NCBI RefSeq assembly: GCF_006345805.1
Contig: NC_043006.1
Location: forward strand, 70,184,001-70,248,000
From: Octopus sinensis
Lineage: Eukaryota
DNA length: 64,000 bases
Direction: 5' to 3'
A program made the position numbers and the translations under genes. The notes below the pieces were generated by a model, which saw only the letters and a list, made by a program, of their open reading frames with translations, ran no database searches and was not told the origin of the DNA. Positions 12,746 through 24,614 of this stretch are shown here, piece by piece. Positions within the stretch are counted from its first letter, which is position 1. Every line of letters starts with the position of its first letter.

Positions 12746-13589
12746 AATCACAATAAATTAACTGCATTGTCGTTGGCCACTCTGGCAGCCTACAGACTAT
12801 ATAAAAGGCGCATTGTACAGTGTACTCCTGAGTTCTCTGTATATACGTAAGAGTGAGGATAGTCATTGATGGACTACTTTTGATCCGAGGTCAACTTAAA
12901 CAGGAGTTGCCTTGACCTATTTAATAAAAACGGTACAGTCCTCTATATGACAGTTAAGTTAGAATACACCACCACATCTAAACAACAGTGCAGGGGGATT
13001 TCAACTGTGTCGCTCTAGTGGAGTCCAGCCTGTTCATTCTGTAGTCATTATAAAGCCCTAGTCCCGACATAAGAATCGTTACAAAGCTGCTTAAAGCTTT
13101 AGCAATGACAGCCAAATCTCCCTCAAATTATACTGTTATTTGCTTTAGAAGAGAGAACATATTACCAGTGGTGGAGAACACACCTTGTTAGAGATTGATT
13201 GATTCTTCTGGACTGTCCAAGGTAAAACCACTTAAGATATGTAATGAAATTTTGAAAAGAAATGAGTTAAAGAGGGATGGAAATGTAAGAAAGCCACGTT
13301 TGGAATCAGTAAATAAACTTCGGGAGAATCTAAGGTTTTTCCTTAGGGAATTGGATGCCTGGCGAACGTATTAAAAAAGAAAATGTTTGTAGGTTAGCAG
13401 AAAAAAATTGTTGTAAAATACTCTGTTGGCTATACTGGAGAAATGCATTAAAATGCATTAAATGATAAAACAAAACAAATATCAGTGTTATAAATGAAGT
13501 CAATGATAAATTAAAGTTGGTCTGCTAATGCACATTTGCAAAGCATTAGCAGGTGTTTGTCGAGGTGGCAACATTTAAGGATCTAAATA

Positions 13590-13980
13590 AAGATAATTCA
13601 CAGAATGATTGATATTATTGTACATTTATTTCTTTTCCGTTGTACATAGATTGCATGTTTTGATTCAATGGTGTATAGGTTTGCATCTCTAGAATATTCG
13701 ACTTGATTGCAACGTCAATATCATGCTCTTGTAGATGACAAATATAATTCGATACTATTTATTTCATTTATCTTTTTTGTATATCTAGAGGATGATGTGT
13801 TGTTGATGTAACGTTGTTTAAACTTGCCTTCTACCATCGCAATGTTGTTGTCACACTATATGGTATGATCTATTTAGTGTAGTTGATTTTTGTTTTATAT
13901 ATTATCACCCCTGCATTACATTCAGAAAGTATGTATTTGTGCATTGGATCCAGTTACTCATTCTAATTCTGATACTTTAA
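13590..13980 (-). pseudogene. Penelope-like GIY-YIG endonuclease remnant
   Basis: Minus-strand pieces read ..AMVEGKFKQRYINN.., EHDIDVAIKSNIL..YTP.. and KTCNLCTTEK across frameshifts, matching the FK.RY / CNLC..EK pattern of PLE endonucleases. Confidence 0.65.
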
Positions 13981-14047
13981 ACTTTTTCGCTTGCTTATAT
14001 TAAGTCCACTCTTTTTGTTCGTGTAAATTGATTTATAATATATAGGA

Positions 14048-14078
<31 letters not shown>

Positions 14079-14779
14079 TGTGTGCGTGCATGCATGTATG
14101 CATGAATGTATATATGTATGTATGTGTATATATATGTATATATGTGATAGGGGCTTGAATTTTTATGTTTTTAAAATTTGCTTTTCCTTACTATTCGTGT
14201 CGTGACAAGAGGTCGAGTGGTCTAGAAGAAAACAAATTTTACGTTACTTTTCCAACTTATTTTATTCACTGCATTTTCAGCTTGATGCATTTTTATTAAA
14301 AGAAAAGCTAATTTCGGTGGTATACAACAATACCTGATTATGCACTATAAATAGTCATAAAGGTTCGTTTAACGGCATAGTCATTGGACATCCCATAAAT
14401 ATAAATTTTACTTTGCTGAAAATATGAGACTTATTTTGCAATTTCCGTGATATAATCCAATTAATAGCAAATAGTTGTTATCTTATTGTTTGGAAATGCT
14501 ATAACTGTTAATTTAGAAATAGCTACCCTTACGATTAATAACGCTAATATTTGCAAACTGTATTAGAGAAAATTGATCGAACAGATGAAATTATTGTAAC
14601 ATACTTTACCTCTCGGTTCAGGAAGTATGCTAACACAAACGATCACGTTTTGAAGAACATCCTATATTGAATTAAATGTGAGCTCAAACAAGGAATCAAA
14701 CTTGCTTGATTCTGTTGTGTTTAGAAATGTTAGTATACTTGCTGAACCCTTTTTCAAGATGCAAGGCAAGTTGATCCCA

Positions 14780-14964
14780 GACGCAGGCGTAGCCGTCTGG
14801 GAAGAGGTTTGTTCCCCAGCTCCATGGTTCCGAGTTCAGTCCCATTATGTGGCATCTTGGACAAGTCTCTTCTACTAGAGCCTCGGGCCGACCAAGCCCT
14901 TGTAAGTGGATATGGTCGACAGAAACTGAAAGAAGCCCGTTTGTATATGAATATGTGTGCCTGC

Positions 14965-15017
<53 letters not shown>

Positions 15018-15125
15018 CGTGCGTGTGTGTGTGCATGTGTGTCCCACTACCGCTTGACAACTGCTGTTGGTTTGTTTACGTCACCGTAATCTAGCGCTTC
15101 AGCAAAAGAGACCGATAGAATAAGC
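14780..15125 (+). mobile_element. Family B SINE
   Basis: Diverged head, body and tail with internal (TG)n. Confidence 0.8.
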
Positions 15126-15412
15126 TCTAAAAAAAGTATATCGGTCGGTTCATGCAACTAAAAATTCATCAATGTGGTGATCCAGGAAGGCTGAAACAAG
15201 TAAAAAAAAATGAGGTTCTAACTGACGGACAAAGGAGCAAAAGAGGTCTACTTTCAGTTGTTTAATATGGCTTCAGAAGATGGAGCTGAACAAACAAGAA
15301 AGAACACAACCAAGAATGATTTGAAAAATCTTGCGTTCTGAAATTTTTGTATTATATACATATTAGAAGCAAACCACTATGTGGACACCCTTATGCTAGA
15401 AATAGATCCGCT

Positions 15413-15652
15413 ATGGTTTTACCACTAAAAAATGGTCTCAAGAAAAATTTAGCAAAACAACCAAAACGTAATTGAGCAAGACAAAAAAAAAGCAATAAAA
15501 ATATGGATTATTCGCATACATGTTTCACTATTAACTTATTACGTAATTTTACTTACATAAATGTCTGTAGATAATTTTTCTTGTCTTGCTCAATTACGTT
15601 TTGGTTGTTTTGCTAAATTTTTCTTGAGAACATTTCTTAGTGGTAAGACCAT
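15413..15652. repeat. Inverted repeat, about 75-bp arms with about 90-bp spacer
   Basis: ACCACTAA..TCTCAAGAAAAATTTAGCAAAACAACCAAAACGTAATTGAGCAAGAC at 15413-15487; reverse complement at 15577-15652. Confidence 0.9.
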
Positions 15653-15721
15653 ACAAATTATAAAACACCTACCACTGGGTGTTTTGGAACGTAACACCCG
15701 CAATAGTCGAGAGATTACTGT

Positions 15722-15769
<48 letters not shown>

Positions 15770-15789
15770 TATATATAATCAGAAAATGG

Positions 15790-16370
15790 AGAAAACAAAT
15801 CAATTGAGCCACATCTGTAGATTAATTTCTTATTTTTTGCCTACTGACTTCGAATCCCTACCATGGAAGATGGTATGATTTTAATATGTTAGGCCTCCTG
15901 GCTTCTCTAGGCCATGTTTTATTTCCTATTCCCTCTCCTCTTGTTTATTTTTCGGACGCTTTTGTATTCACTCTGATGAAGTTCCATGCACTAGTTCAAA
16001 TATCCTATGACGATGAAGAATATTATTTTCGCAATTCTTTCGTAGGCAGCGACTGACATCGGAAGCAGAAACGGCCGTAAGAATTGCTATGTCACATAAA
16101 TGTTATATCATCTTTGTATTAAAAAATAATCTATAGATGTGGTGCAGTTGATTTGTTTATTGATCTAAAGTTTTCTCCATTTTCTGATTATCTAAATTTG
16201 ATTCCTGATAAACTTTTGTTTATTCTGTTGTTACCTGTACCCTACGAACATAGTGTGCCTGTATACCCATGCCCATAGATAACACAGGTAACTGATACCG
16301 ATAGTAAATACTGATATCTTATCCCTTGGTCGGTTACTATCACCGTTAACTTTGCTTACTTTTATATATC
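15790..16370 (+). mobile_element. Probable Penelope-like terminal repeat carrying a hammerhead-like motif
   Basis: CTGATGA (15973-15979) ... GAAACGGCCGTA (16068-16079); flanked by (TA)n. Confidence 0.5.
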
Positions 16371-16396
16371 TATGTACATTTAAATTCATGTTATAT

Positions 16397-16431
<35 letters not shown>

Positions 16432-16891
16432 ATATATATATATTATATATATATATATATATCTATATATATATATAATAACATGAATTTAAATGTGCAT
16501 ATGTTATATATATATAACATACGAATTTAAATGTGCATATGTGCCCGCGTGTATATGTTATTTGATACAGTATATAAGCAATTTCAAGTGCATTAATCGA
16601 CAAAGAATTGCGTAAATTTAACTTCATTTCGACCCTCTTAATAAACATCGCCCAAAGTATTATATTTTAGTAGTTTGTTATAATTAAGAAGTAATTAACA
16701 TTTCGTAGCATAATGAGGATATGGTAATAATTTGTATTACTGAGTGAACATAATTAATGAGGAAATAAACGCGACATTACAAGTGCAAAGCACTACTATT
16801 TAGAGATTGTCTGTGTAGGTATGTGTGTGAATATATATCCATGTGTGAGTGTATGGTTGTATGCATGTAATATATATGATGCACAAACACA

Positions 16892-16928
<37 letters not shown>

Positions 16929-16999
16929 ATACATATATATATACATGCAAGCAAACATAAATATGTACAAACATACATACATTCATACATACACTTCAG

Positions 17000-18430
17000 T
17001 AAGGGATATAACAGTCGGATAAGGAAAAAATACAATAAAACACTGGCCCACAATGTGCTTGCAGAACCAGTGCCCATCAAACATTTCGGCTACTTCATTT
17101 GGCGCATGACAAGATCCGAACCATAGATGAGAACACTCAAAAGATATTGACCAGCACAAACAACCTTCACACCAATGGGTGGCATAGACCGCTTCTACCT
17201 AAAACGAAATCAAGGAGGCAGGGGCTTAACATCGATCCAGGCGGCTTTTGAGTTCCATATCATACCCCCATTGTCAACTTCTTTTAAATACCAAGTGTCG
17301 AAGTACATCCCCTGACCAACTTGGTATACACAAGGCAGATAGTATCGTAAGACTTGGAAAGCAACTCCTCGAGCTATATTCTCTGCCTGATAACCTCAAA
17401 TGCATATACAAATAAGGGGCACATCAACTGCAACACATCAGACGAGTGAATATCAGCAGAAGGCCATGCATGGATATGTTAGGAGAAAGTTCCGAAATAG
17501 CAGCATTATTCATAATTAAAGCAAGCTATCTTGCACCAACAATCGGATTACTAACTCTCCCTTTCGAAAGGTATGTGTTTGCAACCAAGGAACGGGAAAT
17601 AGCAGTCATATTCTTGTTGCACAAAAGGAACAGAGACGCAGAAAAAATGCCGATATGTGATAACCTCTACAGCCATTATGAAGTTAATACTGAAGATATC
17701 ATCTACATCATAAGCAGTTGTCCAAAGATGTCATCACTTTATTATCTACCGATCAGACGTTATGTTTTGGCCAAAATACTCTACGAAGGTAATCCTGAGA
17801 CCAATATAGGGAGGTATATAAGAACCATAACCATTCAAAATACGAGAGAGTACTGGTGGAATATCCCTGTAAAAATTCCAATAAAATGCAAACATAACAG
17901 ACCAGATATTGTAATTTAAGATAAATAAGGAAGACTACGCAAAGTATTGGAAGTCAGTTGCGCAACAGATGTCAACGGAAATGTAAACACCTTACACTAG
18001 ACTATTGAGTAACTTACAGCCATTCCATTCGGTTTACAAGTTCAGATTTAAACTTGTGATTATTTGAGCACTAAGATACGTAACCAACTGTTGAGAAATT
18101 AGAGTTCTCAAAGCCAGAAAGGTGAAAGCTTACAGATACAAGCCATTTATGGAACTGTCAAAATATGTAAAGCTTTTCAAAAGTTTAGCGTATAAATTTA
18201 GCATATGCACTTGTCTATGCATGCAACCATGTGTATGAGTATACGTATATAAAAGAAATCATACAGATGTGCACACGCACTGACTCTAAATATTTGCACA
18301 TATTACACGCATCGTGCACATGTTATACGCATACATGCACAATCACTCTGTTGATGTTGAAATTCCAATGAAGGAACCTTGGATCTAATTTAGAAATCAG
18401 CTCTTTCTCTATTTAGAGATGAAAGCAAAC
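17000..18430 (+). mobile_element. Decayed REL non-LTR retrotransposon (family 3), flanked by (CATA)n
   Basis: IDRFYLKRNQGGRGL, EDIIYIISSCPKM, EYWWNIPVK..KCKHNRPDIV, terminal GTVKICKAF.KF; multiple stops and frameshifts. Confidence 0.8.
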
Positions 18431-18437
18431 AACAACA

Positions 18438-18469
<32 letters not shown>

Positions 18470-19314
18470 CATACATACATACATACATACATACATGCAT
18501 GCATGCATGCATGCATGGATACTTGCATATGTATACATGTGTTTACAGAAACTTTATACGGGATACTTAAACATTTAATGACTTTCGTCTCGCTGTGAAA
18601 ACAGAAACCATAGATAAACTACAGGATCCTCGTCAGCATCAAAATGGTTTTATTTTGGCTATATTCGTCTATGATTAGAAACTCGTCAGGGATCGCTTAT
18701 TCCACCTTCTATCTGCAGGGGGTTTACAGCTTCATATAGAAAAAAGTAAACAACTTATGAAGAGCGTAATTAAATATGTATAGAGTCAAAATATCAGGGA
18801 ATATTTTTTCTCGTCAATTATACTGTTTTCTTCGCAGTTTCTCTTACATTTTTTCTTTTTCTCGTGCCTCCCTCCACCTATATCATATTCACACCTATTC
18901 ACCTTCCTTATCCACACATTTTATCCGACTTTTGCATACCTCCATACACCCTTTGCAACCACCTGCACCCTAAGCCGCTCGAACGCCTCCTTTTATCCCC
19001 ATCTCCCTAGACGGATACCATTTCATACATTTACACAACACCTGGTCTCTTCCTCCCTTCCTCACTCCACCCATCTCCTTCTTCTTTTTGTTTTTTTCAC
19101 CACCTTTTCTCTTTATTTTTTATTTTTCTGCTGAAAGGTTTTTGTCCGAAACGTTACAGATCCTTTCTTTTCCCTTTCGATCGTTATACTCGTAATCCTT
19201 TCTACTATATGCACAAGGCCTGACATTTTGAGGGAGAGGACCAGATTACATCGACCCCAATGTTTCAACAGTACATAATTATCGACCCCGAAAGGATGAA
19301 AGGATTTGTTATGC

Positions 19315-19364
<50 letters not shown>

Positions 19365-19429
19365 CCTTTGTTAAAAGTTGTCCCACTTGTGTTTTTTGCT
19401 TAAAAAATAGAATACCTACACAGTTTCTT

Positions 19430-19692
19430 TTATTCGTTTATTCGTTTCAGTCATTTAACTGCGGCCATGCTGGAGCACCGCCTTTAGTCGAGCAAATCGA
19501 CCCCAGGAATTATTCATTGTAAGCCTAGCACTTATTCTATCGGTCTCTTTTGCCGAACCACTAGGTTACGGTGATGTAAACACACCAACATCGATTGTCA
19601 AGTGATGTTGGGAGTGGGGGCACAAACAGGCACACAATCATATACACACACAAACATATATATATATAAATATTTATACATATTATATATAT

Positions 19693-19739
<47 letters not shown>

Positions 19740-19982
19740 ACAAACACAGACACACAAACATATACACACACACATACATACATACATACATTAATATTTA
19801 TATATATATATATATATATATGATGGGCTTATTCCAGTTTCCGTCTACCAAATCCACTCACAAGGCTTTGGTCGACCCGAGGCTATAGTAGAAGACAGTT
19901 GCCCAAGGTACCACGCAGTGAGACGGAACCCGGAACCATGTAGTTGGGAAGCAACCTACTTACCACACAGTCACTCCTGCAC
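19430..19982 (-). mobile_element. Family B SINE with expanded internal (TA)n
   Basis: Complete head and tail. Confidence 0.85.
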
Positions 19983-20384
19983 GTATAATGGTCATGAATA
20001 AACATTTACATGGACGTGCTCATTCAAAGAAACATCACAGTCTCGACCGATCGCATCATCCAGGATGCAAGAGCTGAAGAGCGGGAGAGGCAGAGAGAGT
20101 GAGAAAGGTGGGGGTGACACAAGGACTGGACTGGTAGTCATTTCAAGGACAGAGCACACTGCTCAGTCAAGGGACCGAGACGTGGTTAGTTGAAAGGAAA
20201 GACGAAGACAAAAGAAAAAGGAGAGAGAAAGAGGGTAAGGTGAAGAGAGAGAGAGAAAGAAGGAGAGTTTTGTGTATAAGTCTAGACTACAACACACATA
20301 CACACACATGCACACATGCATAAATATATATATGTGTGTGTACGTGTAAGTGTGTGTGTGTGTTAACCATTTTGAATAAATATT

Positions 20385-21185
20385 CTTTTCTACTGTAGAA
20401 ACAAGACCCGAAATTTTGGGATAGGGGCCAGTCGACTAGATCGACCTCAGTCCGCAACTGGTACTTAATTTATCGACACCGGAAGGCTGAAAGGTAAAGT
20501 TGACCTCAGCGAAATTTGAACTCAGAATGTAAAGACAGACGAAAATACCTATTTCTTTACTACCCACAAGGGGCCAAACACAGAGGGGACAAACATGGAC
20601 GGACAAACGGATTAAGTCGATTACATCGACTCCGAAAGGATGAAAGGCAAAGTCGACCTCGGCGGAATTTGAACTCAGAACGCTGCGGTAGACGAAATAC
20701 CACAAAGCATTTCGCCCAGGCATGCTAACGTTTCTGCCAGCTCACCGCCTTATTTTGAATAAATATTTATTTCTTTATTGCCCACAAGGGGGCTAAACAT
20801 AGAGGGAACAAACAAGGACAGACAAAGGGATTAAGTCGGTTACATCGACCCCAGGGCGTAACTGGTACTTATTTAATCGACCCTGAAAGGATAAAAGGCA
20901 AAGTCGACCTTGGCGGAATTTGAACTCAGAACGTAGAAACGGACGAAAATACCTTTTTCTTTACTACTCACAAGGGGCTAAAGACCGAGAGAACTAACAA
21001 GGACAGACAAACGGATTAAGTCGATTATATCGACCCCAGTGCGTAACTGGTACTTATTTAATGACTCCGAAAGGATGAAAGGCAAAGTCGACCTCGGCGG
21101 AATTTGAACTCAGAACGTAGCGGCAGACGAAATACAGTTCAGCATATCGCCCGGCGTGCTAACGTTTCTGCCATCTCGCCGCCTT
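20385..21185 (-). mobile_element. Two head-to-tail family A SINEs sharing a triplicated 16-bp target
   Basis: ATTTTGAATAAATATT at 20369-20384, 20752-20767 and 21186-21201. Confidence 0.88.
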
Positions 21186-21212
21186 ATTTTGAATAAATAT
21201 TACGTCACATGT

Positions 21213-21284
<72 letters not shown>

Positions 21285-21815
21285 AGTGTCAGAAGTAAGC
21301 AGTGATGACGAACAAACTTACTTTTGGTTAGTTAGAGGTGGTGGTGAGTGAAATATGTAATTTTAACTAAGTTTTGTCTCTCCATTACTAGCTCGTCTAT
21401 AACGCTTTCACTTAATTAGTTGAAGAGAGAGGCGAAGAGCGAAAGAAAAAGGAGAGAAAAAGAGGGTAAGGCGAAAAGTGAGAGAAAAAGAGGGAGAGCA
21501 CTGTGTATTAAGTCTATAAAATTGTGCATAAAGTATATCAACTGTATATATAAAGCGCATTAAGTAATCATCGTATTCCAATTTAGTTCACTTTTCAGTG
21601 AGTAGGAGATGAGCGACTATCTTTTGATACAGACACAACACAAGCTACGCTTTCAGATTCTTTGGATAAAGTTTTCAAAAAATAACCCAATAAGTTTACC
21701 ATTAATTCAGTGAAATATTCACGTAACATTACTATAAATAAGGCGGCGAGCTTGCAGAATCGTTAGCACACCAGGAGAAATGTTGTTTGTTTTCTCTTTG
21801 TGTTTTCATGTTTGG

Positions 21816-21864
<49 letters not shown>

Positions 21865-21866
<2 letters not shown>

Positions 21867-22520
21867 TATCCGGACAACTGCCCGACTGACAAGAGGCCGA
21901 CGGACAAGAGGCCGACGGACAATTGCAATTGTTTTCGTTATATCTTGGTATTTTTTTCTTTCTGGATGAAGGCTGATGTCCTGTCAACGTTTGGTCGATA
22001 ATCGTGTCGTTAAGAGCTTGCTCCGTCTTCAATGCTTGAAGAAAACGCCAGATACTTGGATGACTCGACGTTATATTCGACTGTAAATGGTTATACCATC
22101 CCTCCAAGGAATTAATTGTTCGTGGTAAATCGTTGCATACACGGTCATACAAATAGGAAAGAGTGGGTGGCCTCTGTTACGCTGACGTATTCTACCGATA
22201 TAAGCATCTTCAAAGTAATCAATAATTAGGTCTGCTTCATAGCACAAATTTTCTTGTAATTGCTCAAGTCCTGTTACATTGTCTGCTGGCACAAAAGCCA
22301 TAGGCCTTTCGACACCTGGTGGTTCTTTACTTCAGCTAACTGAGGAAAAATTCAATTTTTTAGTACAGGAATATTCGCCCAAATGACAGATAAAGTGAAA
22401 GGAATGACAGATAATGATAAAGTGAAAGTGTCTGTCGGGCAGATATCTATCGGGCAGTTGTCCCTATCAGGCAATTATTCGTCGAGCAGTTGTCCGCCGT
22501 CGGGCAGTTGTCCACCGGGC
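21865..22520 (-). mobile_element. Internally deleted MULE (Mutator-like) transposon
   Basis: Peptide AFVP..YFED.YIG..HPLFP / LPRTINSLEGWYNHLQ..HPSIWRFLQALKTEQ; GGACAACTGCCCGAC at 21872-21886 inverted at 22499-22513, with tandem subterminal repeats; (TA)n flanks. Confidence 0.8.
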
Positions 22521-22539
22521 ATATATATATATATAAAAT

Positions 22540-23085
22540 ACAAAAATGGGACAGACAAGAACGCAAAACATTCAGACAGCTACGTGATACAAAAAAGGAA
22601 CAACAAAACATCCAGACACACGATACAAAGGAAACAAGGACGGGTCATTCGGAGTTTTCTTTCCTCAATCGAATTCCAGATTATCTTTGCATTTTCGGCT
22701 GGTTATACTCGAGATTGCTCCAATCTGGCCAGTCCCTAGGAAAAAAACTAAGCTAAGAGCATTAGATTCCTTGGAAGAAAACAGCGAATGTATACGAAAA
22801 CAAGGACGGGAAAAAAACGGAGAAACGGTACACAAATACAAATAACAGGACATTAACAACGGGTGTCTTTCGACTAAGGATGAATTAAATTAAGCTGGCG
22901 TGTGTGGAAGTAAAGACTTACGGCAGGGACATAAGATTTGACAGGCAGAGGGATGAATATAGATGTTGCACGTATGATAGTCGAACCAAGAAAGAAAAGT
23001 CAGGCTTGGCCGAACACGGGTCACGTGGGGAGAGAGAGGTAGAGGCAGAGGGATTAAGGAGGGGCGAGAAAAAGTGATGAGAAAA
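22540..23085 (-). mobile_element. Probable Penelope-like 3' remnant
   Basis: Pyrimidine-rich on the minus strand, with a decayed TGAGGAAAG..CTCCGAA hammerhead-like core; resembles 6010-6690. Confidence 0.35.
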
Positions 23086-23162
23086 AATACATATATGTGT
23101 GTATGTATATATATATATATATATATTAAAACAGTATAGATTTCACAAAACCTTATCTTATC

Positions 23163-23219
<57 letters not shown>

Positions 23220-23370
23220 GTCTATAATTTTTTTCAGCTAAAAGCAATGCAATTTATACAAATAAAGCAGATTGATAGTTTTATCTTTATTATTTCAGTG
23301 TTTCAGGTTCGGGAAATCTTTGCAGAAAAGTTGCTATTCACTGAGTCGTGTAGTGTGCATGAGTATGTTA

Positions 23371-23766
23371 GATACGGATCGTTATATTAACCAATCCATC
23401 GCGAGAAATTCTACTGTGTTATTAATAGTGCTGTGTATTTTTAATTAAAAGAGCTTCTTTTATTCTCAAGTTCCCTGGGTGGGGCATTTCTGTAGATGAT
23501 TTTTGACGCAAGAAGCATTAGCATAAAGGAAGTACCGCCAAACAATTATATATACGGACTAAAGAACACCTCAATGCTAATGATTACTGCGCCAAAAGAC
23601 ATCTAGAGAAATGCCACACCCAAGACATCCAAGCTTCCCTAGAAGCTACAGACAGAAAAATTGGAAACTTGAGAATAAAATCTCTTTTAATTACGAAATA
23701 CACACTACGAATTAGTAACAGGTCAGAACTGCACGCAGCCGGTTGGTTGCTATAGCAACGCATATC
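23371..23766. repeat. Old imperfect palindrome (foldback), arms about 155-190 bp
   Basis: TAGATGATTTTTGACGCA..CATTAGCAT pairs with ATGCTAATG..TGCGCCAAAAGACATCTA; AACTTGAGAATAAAA..CTCTTTTAATTA is present on both arms; loop 23525-23573. Confidence 0.75.
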
Positions 23767-24107
23767 AAATACACGCCCTCTAAGGGACAGAGGACAACTT
23801 TTCTCCATAGATTTCCAGAGGACAACCTTTCTCCATAGATTTCCAGAGGAAGGGGTCCTAACCCTGAAGTTGTGAAATATCAAGTAAAACTGTCAATTTG
23901 TTTTGTTTTTGTAAATTTGCATTGTTCTGGGTTTAAAAAAACTACACATTAAAATTACTAACACACACACACACACACACTTATACATGTATATACACAT
24001 TTATGTATACATATATATATACATTCATGTATATATATGCATATATATATGCACACACATACACACGCGCGCGCGCGCGCACAAACGCACGCACACACAC
24101 ACACACA

Positions 24108-24169
<62 letters not shown>

Positions 24170-24174
<5 letters not shown>

Positions 24175-24497
24175 GGAACACTCCGTTGGTTACGACGACG
24201 AGGGTCCCAGCTGATACAATCAACGGAACAGCTTGCTTGTGAAATTAATGTGCAAGTGGCCGAGCACTCCACAGTCACGTGTACCCTTAACGTAGTTCCC
24301 AGGGAGATTCAGCGTGACACAGAATTTGACAAGGCTGGCTCTTTAAAATACAAGTAATACTCATTTTTGCCAGCTGAGCGGACGGCAGCAATGTGAAATA
24401 AAGTGTCTTGCTCAAGGACACAGCGCGTCACCGGGAATTGAACTCATGACCTTACGATCGCGAGCCGAATGCCCTAACCACTAAGCCACGTGCCTTC
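24170..24497 (-). mobile_element. Family C SINE
   Basis: Head GTGGCTTAGTGGTTAGG, B-box GAGTTCAATTCCC, CCTTGAGCAAGACACT core. Confidence 0.85.
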
Positions 24498-24499
24498 AA

Positions 24500-24546
<47 letters not shown>

Positions 24547-24614
24547 TGTGTGTGTGTGTGTGTATGTGTGTGTTGTGTGTGTATGGTATGTGTGTGTGTG
24601 CGCGCGCGCGTGTA

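Noticed and set aside
13789-13862. Apparent plus-strand exon (TTTGTATATCTAG..ATG|GTATGA)
   Set aside because: It has stops in all frames and is explained as the antisense of the Penelope GIY-YIG remnant.
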